Source: Phycisphaerae bacterium (GTDB lineage: Bacteria; Planctomycetota; Phycisphaerae; UBA1845; Fen-1342). Taken from it: a stretch of 64,000 nucleotides of DNA. Shown piece after piece: positions 19,958 through 28,202 of the stretch. The first letter of the stretch is position 1, and every line of letters starts with the position of its first letter. The stretch covers positions 1-64,000 of the forward strand of contig CAXXWX010000003.1 in NCBI GenBank assembly GCA_963675745.2, written 5' to 3'. A model generated the notes under the pieces. It was given only the letters and a program-made list of their open reading frames with translations. It was not told where the DNA came from and searched no databases. Position numbers and translations under genes: made by a program.

Positions 19958-20911
19958 ATGATCGAGCATGTTTCCGTATCACGGCTAGCGCTGGCTTGCG
20001 TGGTCGCAGCCGGTGTGGCGCTGCTGGGTTGTGCGGGCCAACGGGCGACCGATAAGGTCACACCAACTCCACAACCATCAGTCGTAGTGGCATCGGAGAC
20101 GTCCAGCGCGCCGGCCGAGCTTAATCAGGAAATCGCCACGGAAGAACCCGCCGAAACCGCCGATACCGCGGTGACCGACGACAAGCCGGCGGACGAAGCC
20201 GATGACGCCGAGGCCAAGGCCAAGGCCAAGGAAAAGGCCAAGCGTGAAAAGCAGAAAGCCAAGGAGGCTCGCGAGAGGGCCCAGCGCCGTCGCAAGCTGG
20301 ACCACGACCTGCGCGTGGCCAGGATGCGGGTGGAGCGCGCCCAGATGGATCGCGAATCCAGCCAGGTACGCAATGAACAGGCCGCCGAAAGCGCCGAGTT
20401 CGACCTGCACACGGCCGAGACACAGTTATCCACGCTGCGCGAGCGGGATATCCCGGCTCGGCTGGCACGGGCGGAGCTGAATCTGGCCCGGGCCCGCGAT
20501 GGACTCAAGGAGGCGCGCGAGGAGTTGGAGCAACTCGAGCTGATGTACGCGGAAGAGCAGATCGCCGATAAGGCACGTGAGATCGTGCTCGAACGGGCGC
20601 GCGTGCGGATCGAGCGCAGCGCGCAGCAGGTCGAGCTTCAGGTCGCCGATCTGGAAACTCTCAGAGAGCACACCATTCCCGCCGAACTGCGCGATCACGA
20701 AAACCGTGCGGATCAGAAGCGCCGGGCGCTCCAGCACGCCCGCGAAGACGCCGTCGTGTCGCGGATCGACAAGGAGATAGGCCTGCTGAATGCCGAAGCC
20801 GAGATCGTGCGTCTTGAGTACGAGCTGGACAAGCTCGCCCACGAGGAAGCCGATGCCGCCGAAGAGGCGGAGCAGGAGCGGGCCGAGCAGTCAAAGGCGG
20901 AAGACGCGTGA
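19958..20911 (+). CDS. Coiled-coil lipoprotein (hypothetical)
   Basis: LLGC lipobox; long E/R/A-rich helical region. Confidence 0.75.
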   Translation: MIEHVSVSRLALACVVAAGVALLGCAGQRATDKVTPTPQPSVVVASETSSAPAELNQEIATEEPAETADTAVTDDKPADEADDAEAKAKAKEKAKREKQKAKEARERAQRRRKLDHDLRVARMRVERAQMDRESSQVRNEQAAESAEFDLHTAETQLSTLRERDIPARLARAELNLARARDGLKEAREELEQLELMYAEEQIADKAREIVLERARVRIERSAQQVELQVADLETLREHTIPAELRDHENRADQKRRALQHAREDAVVSRIDKEIGLLNAEAEIVRLEYELDKLAHEEADAAEEAEQERAEQSKAEDA

Positions 20912-22086
20912 GCCGCTGGTTATCCGCAGCCCTGACGTTGATCATCGCGGCCTCGAGTGCCTGGGCGGCTGACCTGACAGGCAACGTCTCGTCCGAACAG
21001 GCCGAGGCGGCAATCGAGAGGGCCATCGACTTCCTGCTGCGCGATCAGAACGCCAACGGGTCCTGGGGCGGACCGCGCGCGTCGGTCTACTCGTTCGGCG
21101 GCGGGATTTTCTCAAACCCCGAGGCCCATCGCTCCTGGGTAGTGGCAACGACCGGATTGGCAACGCTGGCACTGTTGGAGGCGGGCGACACACCCGAAGC
21201 CTACGCCGCGGTTGATCGCGCGCTTGACTATCTGACTGCCAATGCCGATCTCAAGCGGCCCAGTGAGTTCGAGACGTGGAACAACTGGGGCCACATCTAT
21301 GGGCTTCAGGGGCTGGTGGCCGCTTATGCGCACCCGCGCTACGCGAACTCCCCGCGGCGTGACGCGATCAAAGCCGCCGCCGAACTTCATTTGCACAAGT
21401 TGGGCGAGTACCAGGCGCTCAGTGGCGGCTGGGGGTACCTGGAGGGCGCTCTGCCGCGCACCCGCACGCCCCAATGGTCGGCGAGCTTCATGACGGCGGC
21501 GGCGGTGGTGGCGATGTACGAGGCCCGCGAGGCCGGCTTCGATGTTGATCAGCGGATGTTCGGCCGCGCGGTGCGGGCGGTCAAACGCGCGCGTCTGCCG
21601 AGTGGGGCCTACACGTATACCGTGCGCGCCGTGCCAACGCCGCGGCGCTGGGTATCCATCAACAACATCAAGGGCTCTCTCGGGCGAATCCCGCTGGGTG
21701 ACCTGGCGCTGCGCTTCGGCGGAGAAGACGTGCCGCTGGAGCAGTTTCGCACCGGAATAGCCCATTTCTTCCGCGAGCATCGCTTTCTCGATATAGCGGT
21801 ATACAAGCCGATCCCGCATGAGGCCTATTACCAGAACTCCGGTTACTTCTACTACTTCGGGCATTATTACGCGGCCCGCGTGATCGAGCTGCTACCCGCC
21901 GAGGAACAGGCACTCGCCTGGCCGCGGCTGCGCTGGGAGGTGCTCAAATACCAGGGCGCCGATGGGGCGGCATGGGATTACGGGATGCACGCGTACCACA
22001 AGCCGTACGGGACCGCCTATGCGTTGCTCGCGCTGGACCGGTCGGTGCGTGCAGAGACCCCGCCGGTCGAGGCTGCGCAACCGTAG
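20908..22086 (+). CDS. Prenyltransferase/squalene oxidase (alpha-alpha toroid) repeat protein
   Basis: FLLRDQNANGSW, Q..SGGWGY and QGADGAAW repeats; GTGA overlap with the upstream gene. Confidence 0.8.
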   Translation: MSRWLSAALTLIIAASSAWAADLTGNVSSEQAEAAIERAIDFLLRDQNANGSWGGPRASVYSFGGGIFSNPEAHRSWVVATTGLATLALLEAGDTPEAYAAVDRALDYLTANADLKRPSEFETWNNWGHIYGLQGLVAAYAHPRYANSPRRDAIKAAAELHLHKLGEYQALSGGWGYLEGALPRTRTPQWSASFMTAAAVVAMYEAREAGFDVDQRMFGRAVRAVKRARLPSGAYTYTVRAVPTPRRWVSINNIKGSLGRIPLGDLALRFGGEDVPLEQFRTGIAHFFREHRFLDIAVYKPIPHEAYYQNSGYFYYFGHYYAARVIELLPAEEQALAWPRLRWEVLKYQGADGAAWDYGMHAYHKPYGTAYALLALDRSVRAETPPVEAAQP

Positions 22087-22107
22087 TGGAGATATCGATA
22101 ATCTGAT

Positions 22108-22416
22108 GTAGCTCCCGCGGCAGGCATATCCAGCGACGGCGGCATGCCAATGCAGCGGCCGGCGGCAAGCAGATGTAGCGCCCGGCGCCCCACCAATGTA
22201 ACGGCCGGCGCCTCGCAAATGTGACGGCCGGCGCCTCGCCGGCCGTGGAATGTTGATAACGTCATTTCACGCCGACTGGCCGCGAGGACCAGGCTCGCGC
22301 GCAAGGTTGGCGTGACTGTGGCAACTCGACGGCGACGGCCTGCGAGGCGCAGGCCGCTACACGGATAGGGGTCCGCTGCACGGATGGGGGGCCGGCTACG
22401 GGGTGGCGGCCGGCCG
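22108..22416. repeat. Cluster of REP-like GT(A/G)(G/A)C-led palindromes between convergent genes
   Basis: GTAACGGCCGGCGCCTCGC, GTGACGGCCGGCGCCTCGCCGGCCG, GACGGCCTGCGAGGCGCAGGCCGCTAC. Confidence 0.65.
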
Positions 22417-24120
22417 TTACGGCGCCGGCGGGTAGGTGAAGTTCACGTGGCGCACGCCGTGGCAGGTCAGCGTGCATGAGCCGGCAAAGCGGCCCTGATC
22501 AACAAAGAATCGCTCACCGCCGACGATCGACACATCGAAATTGATCAAATGACTGTGTTGCGAAGTGTTGCCGGACACGCCGTGGGCCGTGTGGCAGGCG
22601 CTGCACGGCGTGCGCCCGTTGACCACGTGCCGGCGATGGAAGCTGAAGCTCTCGTCGTTGAGAATCGAGTTGCGGTCGTGGCAATTGTAGCACAGCGCGT
22701 ATGACCGGGCTGACTCGATCGTGAAGTCACGCGTCTCGTAGGCGTCCACCAGCAGGTAATCGAATCGTGAGCCGTGTGGACCGTTGACCTGCGTGCCGCC
22801 TTCGGCCAGCGCATCCGGGTTGTTGTGGCAGTCCTGGCAATTGACGTAGCGCCGGCCGCGCTGCTCCGGTAGCAGGCTGGGCACCTGGTCAAGATTGCGG
22901 CTGGGTATGGCCACCGGGTGGGCGGACGCCGCGGTCGGCACAAACTGACGCCGCACATTACCGCCGGAGTCGCGCTGCCGAATAATGCGGTCAGGTACGA
23001 TGGCCGGGCGGTCGGCATGGCAGCGGAAGCAGACCTCGTAGTACAGCCGCGCCGTCTCGACCGGCGCGCCCGAGATGTTGACGCCCGGAACAGCCCGCAT
23101 GGCGGGAGGGATCTCCGGGCCGCGCAGCGCCGCGCGCAGGTTGCCCTGGAGCTTGTTGCGTCCGACGGCGTGGGGGTTGTGGCAATCGGCGCACTCGACG
23201 AAGCGCGCGACGCGGAAGCGCCGCCGTGGATCACGCCGATCCTCCCATAGCTTGTTCACGCGATGGCCGGAGCGCTGGTCGAGCACGGGTGCGATGTCGG
23301 CGCCGGCGATGCCGTTGTGGCAGTTGATGCACAACTGTGAGCTGCGATCGTAGAGCAGTCGCTCGCGCTGGGGCGCGCTGTGTGGCAGATGGCAGGCACG
23401 ACAGGCGTTGTCGGCCATCGAGCGGTAGGGGAGCTGCTGGCCGGCGGTCGCCGTAATCGGCACGCCGCGCGGACTGACCGCGTGGGCGCTATTGCGCCAG
23501 CCGGTCATGTCGTGGCAGGTCATGCAAAGGGCGCCGGTGCGCTCGGTAATGCGCAGAAAGTCACCGAGCTCGTTGTTGTGTGGATCGTGGCAGGCGACAC
23601 ACTCCAGTTCGCCACGCTCGCCGAGATGCACGCGGTGGTCAACCAGTTGCGGCGGCCGCAGTTGTGGGTCGCGGTTTGAAAGCGTGCGATCGAAGCGAAA
23701 CCCGATGGGGTGATCGTCGGACAGGTCATTGGTGAGGTCGCTGGGACCGGTGGGCATGTACACGTGCGTCATGGGGATCGGGTCGGCGCGGTGCAGCGTG
23801 AGGCCCAGCGCGATACTGCCATCGTGACAGCTCAGGCACTGTTTGCTTTCGGGACCGGGTTGATCAATGCGGGCATCGGTGGTGCTGCTGCGGTAGATGC
23901 GATAGTAGGTCGTGGGGTTGTGGCGATTCCACAGCGGCGCGGCCGGGCTGGCATTGTGCGGCACGTGACAGAAGATGCAGACGCGGCTGTCGTTGACCGC
24001 GCGCACGGGGCCGGGTCCGAACGATGAGAGATCGTGCTTCGAGTTGAGCACGGTGTCGTCGGCATTTGCGCCCGCGGCCCCCGCCAGCAGGCAGATCAGC
24101 GTCACGTACGCGAACTTCAT
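22417..24120 (-). CDS. Multiheme cytochrome c (11 CxxCH + 1 CxxxCH) with an N-terminal OmcE-like tetraheme module
   Basis: Signal peptide; NSKHDLSS...CIFCHVPHNA...PLWNR...CLSCHDG...DLSDDHPIGF...LECVACHDPHNN...FLR...LCMTCH, then 8 further heme motifs. Confidence 0.92.
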   Translation of the reverse strand: MKFAYVTLICLLAGAAGANADDTVLNSKHDLSSFGPGPVRAVNDSRVCIFCHVPHNASPAAPLWNRHNPTTYYRIYRSSTTDARIDQPGPESKQCLSCHDGSIALGLTLHRADPIPMTHVYMPTGPSDLTNDLSDDHPIGFRFDRTLSNRDPQLRPPQLVDHRVHLGERGELECVACHDPHNNELGDFLRITERTGALCMTCHDMTGWRNSAHAVSPRGVPITATAGQQLPYRSMADNACRACHLPHSAPQRERLLYDRSSQLCINCHNGIAGADIAPVLDQRSGHRVNKLWEDRRDPRRRFRVARFVECADCHNPHAVGRNKLQGNLRAALRGPEIPPAMRAVPGVNISGAPVETARLYYEVCFRCHADRPAIVPDRIIRQRDSGGNVRRQFVPTAASAHPVAIPSRNLDQVPSLLPEQRGRRYVNCQDCHNNPDALAEGGTQVNGPHGSRFDYLLVDAYETRDFTIESARSYALCYNCHDRNSILNDESFSFHRRHVVNGRTPCSACHTAHGVSGNTSQHSHLINFDVSIVGGERFFVDQGRFAGSCTLTCHGVRHVNFTYPPAP

Positions 24121-25205
24121 GATGACTCCTCGGGCAGATACTGGAAGACCTGCACGCGGCGATTGTAACCATCCGCGACCCAGATGCGATCGCGCTCGTC
24201 AATTGAGATGCCGGCCGGAAGCGAGAACTCCCCGGGGGCTGGCCCGCCACGACCGAAGGCCATCAGCAAGTGGCCGGATTTGTCAAAAATCTGCACGTTT
24301 TCGAATTGGTTGTCCAAGACGTAAACGTGTCCCGCCGAGTCGATGGCCACATCGCGCGGGCGGGCGAAGTCGCCGGCGGCGTCACCGCGCTGGCCGAACA
24401 CCACCTGCGGTTGATCGTCGGCTCCCAGCACCTGAATTCGGAAGTTCATCGCATCAGCCACCACGACGCCGACCAGCGGATGGGCCGCGACGGCCGAGGG
24501 GTAGTTGAACTCGCCCGGAGCTCCGCCGCGCCGCCCGACCGCACGCGGTACGCTGTGAGCATCCGGCATGTCAAAGCAGGCGTGGGCCTTCGCATCGGCG
24601 ATCCACACGGTTCGGCGCTGGTCGTCCCACGCGATGGCCACGGGAGCGACAATCTCGGGCCGGCGTACTGTTTCGCGCCAGTTGCCGTCAAGGTCAAACA
24701 TGTCGATCGCCCCCCGCGCGCGATCCACTACCAGCAGCGTGTCGCCGTGCGCAATTGCCACATCTAGCGGGGCGTTGAGAGGGTCTTGTGGCGTACCGCT
24801 GATCAGACGGTATTCCCGCGTGTTCAGGTCAAGCAGGTGTACGGCCGCCAGCCCGGTATCGGCAACGTAGACGCGCTCACCCGAGATGGCCACGGCGACC
24901 GGCTGGGAAAACTCTATCTTTGGGCGTGGGCCGGCGATGACCTCGCGTAGTGCTCCCCAGCCGCTTTCCCTGACGCCAAGACTGGCCTCGCCGCGCAGTT
25001 CACCGATGTAGCGAATACGCGGGCGATCTGGGGGGGATGGCCAGACGATTGGGGGGGTGATCGGTGGGAAAATCTGCTTGGGGGTCGATTGACATCCGCC
25101 GGGAGCGAGCAGTGCGGCGAGCACAACAAACAACGTCAGTCCCCCACGGCAAGCCGTGGGGCACCCTGGTTCCCTCCCCGGTACACGGATCGGCGTGCGT
25201 GTCAT
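24117..25205 (-). CDS. NHL-repeat beta-propeller lipoprotein
   Basis: GGC lipobox; WPSPPDRPRIRY; repeated GEFNYPSAVA, GDFARPRDVA and GEFSLPAGIS; ATGA overlaps on both sides. Confidence 0.92.
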   Translation of the reverse strand: MTRTPIRVPGREPGCPTACRGGLTLFVVLAALLAPGGCQSTPKQIFPPITPPIVWPSPPDRPRIRYIGELRGEASLGVRESGWGALREVIAGPRPKIEFSQPVAVAISGERVYVADTGLAAVHLLDLNTREYRLISGTPQDPLNAPLDVAIAHGDTLLVVDRARGAIDMFDLDGNWRETVRRPEIVAPVAIAWDDQRRTVWIADAKAHACFDMPDAHSVPRAVGRRGGAPGEFNYPSAVAAHPLVGVVVADAMNFRIQVLGADDQPQVVFGQRGDAAGDFARPRDVAIDSAGHVYVLDNQFENVQIFDKSGHLLMAFGRGGPAPGEFSLPAGISIDERDRIWVADGYNRRVQVFQYLPEESS

Positions 25206-27316
25206 CGCCGGTTCCTCGCGAGCAGCGGGATCTCGCGTTTCAGCTTGATCCAAAACGCCGCCCCATCATCGCGCGAATCCGGCAGATACAGCAGGTCATA
25301 CTCGGCCTCAAAGAGCAGCGAGAAATGGCCGATCTCCCACTCCACGGCCCCGCTGAAATCCACGCCGTGCGTATCGCCATACAGCGAGTCATCTTCAAAG
25401 CGATACATGGCGGTCGCGCTGGCCTCCAGGTCGCGCGTCAGCAGGTAGCGATATGACAGCCCCAGATCGAGCAATGATGTATTGCGCGGCTCGAGCCCTT
25501 CGGAACCGTCGAACCAGAAGCGCGAGAAATTGGCCTTGCCATCGAGCTGCTGGCGCGCGTCGTGGAGGATCACGACATCACCATTGAGGTGCATGGCCTG
25601 GTAGGGATCGATCGCGTCGTCGTTGAATTCATACTCGGCGCCGACCGACCAGCGCCTTTGCTTGTACGTCGCCCCGATGCGGTGGCGGTTGACGTTGCGC
25701 GCCCGGAAGTGCAGATACGCCGAGTCGTCGAGATCCTCGTTCTGAATCGAGCCCGCATAGTATGGCGACAGCCCGAAGTCGAAGTCCTGCTGGAGGCGCC
25801 AGTCCAGCCGGTGCCGCACGAGGTCGTAGTTGCTGAACACGCGGTAGGTATATGTGACCAGGACAGTTTCGCGATCGGCAATCTGCCCGGTGGCGACGCG
25901 TTGTAGCGCGGTGTAGCGTCCCAGCGTGACGACGACATAGTCGCGCCCGGGGAGGTATGTGCGTGTGCGGCGCGCGTCTGAAACGACGACGCTGGCCATA
26001 TCGACGTCCATGTGCGCGAGATAGCTGACCAGCGGATCACGGAACGTGACGGACTCACCGATGATCACGCCGTGCTGCTCGCCGTCATCAGAGCTTATCG
26101 AGCTGTAGTTATACGAGAGATTGGCCCGAAACCGCCCGAGATCGTTGGGTTTGGAAAAAGCGGCGCTGGCCAGCACGCCCCATTCGTCAAGGTCGGCGTT
26201 CTCGTCGGCCAGCTCGTGCATGCCGTAGCCCTGGAGGGTGGTGGTCAGCATGTCATCGAGCTGGTGCGTGAGCCCGGCTTCGCCGCGCCAGGTGGTGGTG
26301 GTGAGCTCTTCGAACGACTCGCGCAGGAACTGAAAACGGTAGTTGGTCTGGAGCGCGTCGGTGTGTTGGAGACGCAGCAGCGATGAAACCTCGGCGACAT
26401 CGCGGGCCAGATCGCCCGACTCCTCCTGAAAGCGCGCCAGGGTCTCCAGCGAGCTGCGCTTGTCAGCGCCGAAACGCAGCGTGTGGTTGAGCGTCAGGTA
26501 GTGCCGGCGCGTGTCGAAGCGCGTATCGCCGCCGGAGTATTGCTCACTACGATCCTCGTATTGATACTCGAGGCGCAACGCGTGGCTGTCACTGATCTGC
26601 CAGGTGCCTTCGTACGAGAAACGATCCTGGCCGCGCTCTTCGTCATCGTGCAGATCGCGCGTGCGACTGGTCAACTCATCCCAGGCGTGCTCGAACGAAA
26701 ATCGCATGGGAAACGTGCGGTCGTTGAACAAAACGTCAACGCCGTAGCGCTCGTAGGTGCGGTCGAGACTGGGCAGGAAAGCGCGCGGCACGCGGCTGTC
26801 CTGGCGTTTGGCATACATGGTTGCGGAAAGCTTGCCGCGCGGGAAGAGCGTGATGAGGGCGTCGTATTCGAGCAAGTCGCCGTTTGCGGCGTCCCGGCGA
26901 TCGGGGCCGGGCACTATCTCGGTGAAGCGCTCCTGCGTCAGTCCCCAGTCCAGGCCCAGGTCGAAATCGAGCACATCTTCGCCGAGCAGCGTGCCGGCCG
27001 CCCGCAGTCCGATGGTCTCCTCGAAGCGCCGGTTGCGGTTGGTCTGGTAGTAGGATCGGTTGGAACCGGTCGGCGCGCCGGTGCGCACGCGGCGCTGGTC
27101 GTAAGCGGCTTCGAAGCCCAGCTCCAGCGCCAACTCGTCGAATTCCAGCAACGAGGATTGCGTTGCGCCCGGTGGGGCGTCGGCGGCGGAGGTCGAACTC
27201 GGCTGAGTGGTCGGCTGTGTGCTCGGCTGAGTGGTGGCATTGGCGTCAGCCATTGCCCCTGCTTGGCAACACAGCACACTGAGAACTGCCGCTAGGAGAA
27301 CCGCGCGTCGCAACAT
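25202..27316 (-). CDS. Putative outer-membrane beta-barrel (porin-like) protein
   Basis: Signal peptide from ATG 27316; TTQP linker; alternating hydrophobic/aromatic beta-strand pattern over ~650 aa, ending FWIKLKREI. Confidence 0.7.
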   Translation of the reverse strand: MLRRAVLLAAVLSVLCCQAGAMADANATTQPSTQPTTQPSSTSAADAPPGATQSSLLEFDELALELGFEAAYDQRRVRTGAPTGSNRSYYQTNRNRRFEETIGLRAAGTLLGEDVLDFDLGLDWGLTQERFTEIVPGPDRRDAANGDLLEYDALITLFPRGKLSATMYAKRQDSRVPRAFLPSLDRTYERYGVDVLFNDRTFPMRFSFEHAWDELTSRTRDLHDDEERGQDRFSYEGTWQISDSHALRLEYQYEDRSEQYSGGDTRFDTRRHYLTLNHTLRFGADKRSSLETLARFQEESGDLARDVAEVSSLLRLQHTDALQTNYRFQFLRESFEELTTTTWRGEAGLTHQLDDMLTTTLQGYGMHELADENADLDEWGVLASAAFSKPNDLGRFRANLSYNYSSISSDDGEQHGVIIGESVTFRDPLVSYLAHMDVDMASVVVSDARRTRTYLPGRDYVVVTLGRYTALQRVATGQIADRETVLVTYTYRVFSNYDLVRHRLDWRLQQDFDFGLSPYYAGSIQNEDLDDSAYLHFRARNVNRHRIGATYKQRRWSVGAEYEFNDDAIDPYQAMHLNGDVVILHDARQQLDGKANFSRFWFDGSEGLEPRNTSLLDLGLSYRYLLTRDLEASATAMYRFEDDSLYGDTHGVDFSGAVEWEIGHFSLLFEAEYDLLYLPDSRDDGAAFWIKLKREIPLLARNRR

Positions 27317-27494
27317 GCATCCTGCCGTGAAATGCCCGCCAGACCGCGTGCGGGACGTGATGCTGGGCAGGCTACCGGGCAATTCGCACGCTGTCCAGTT
27401 GACGGGAGTTTCCTGTCGCCAGCGTTGTGGGTGGCTCGCGGCGCGGCTATAGTCATGGCCGCAGTCTGGCCCCACATTCGTGAGGAGAGCGCCT

Positions 27495-28202
27495 ATGAGA
27501 CGCGGGTGGGCAAACGGCTTTCCCCGATCAGCTCTGGTTGTTGTGGGCATAGCGGTCGCAGCCACCGGAATGTTGATTGCTCAAGATGCCGAACGCACGA
27601 CGGATGCCAACTCCACACGGGAACAACCCACAACGCAGCCCAGTGCCGCGGCCCAGCCTGATCCCGTGCCGGCCGACGCGGCGCGCCAGCGGCTGCTGAG
27701 CGGGCTCATCAGCAGCAAGCACGACTTTTCAGGCGCTGGCGAAGATGGGCGGGCGCTCTGCCTGCCCTGCCACGCGCCACACCGTGTCGATGCCGAAGCG
27801 CCGCGCCTGGATCAGCGGGCGCAAACCGCGCAACCGTTGACACCTTACCGAGCGCGGGATGTGGAGCTGGACGGCTGGTCGCTGCTATGCCTCGGCTGCC
27901 ACGATGGTGTGACTGCCGTAGGCGTGTACTCTACGGGCCACGCGATCACGATTGCGGGTCAGTTGGGCAATTCGCGGCTGGGCACCAGCGGGCTGCGCAG
28001 CCACCCGGTGGGCAACAAATACCCGGAAGGTCGGCCCGACTATCAGCCGCGGGCCGCGGTTGAAGCTGCGGGGTTGCTTATGCCCGGCGGTCACATCCAG
28101 TGTGGCACTTGCCACGATGCGCACAACACGTACGGCTATACGGGGATGCTGAAGATTTCGAACGAGCGAAGCCGCCTGTGTCTGACATGTCATCGTCTCT
28201 AG
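27495..28202 (+). CDS. Tetraheme cytochrome c, OmcE-like
   Basis: GAGGAG RBS; signal peptide; SSKHDFS, CLPCHAPH, SLLCLGCHDG, SHPVG, IQCGTCHDAHN, SRLCLTCH. Confidence 0.92.
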   Translation: MRRGWANGFPRSALVVVGIAVAATGMLIAQDAERTTDANSTREQPTTQPSAAAQPDPVPADAARQRLLSGLISSKHDFSGAGEDGRALCLPCHAPHRVDAEAPRLDQRAQTAQPLTPYRARDVELDGWSLLCLGCHDGVTAVGVYSTGHAITIAGQLGNSRLGTSGLRSHPVGNKYPEGRPDYQPRAAVEAAGLLMPGGHIQCGTCHDAHNTYGYTGMLKISNERSRLCLTCHRL

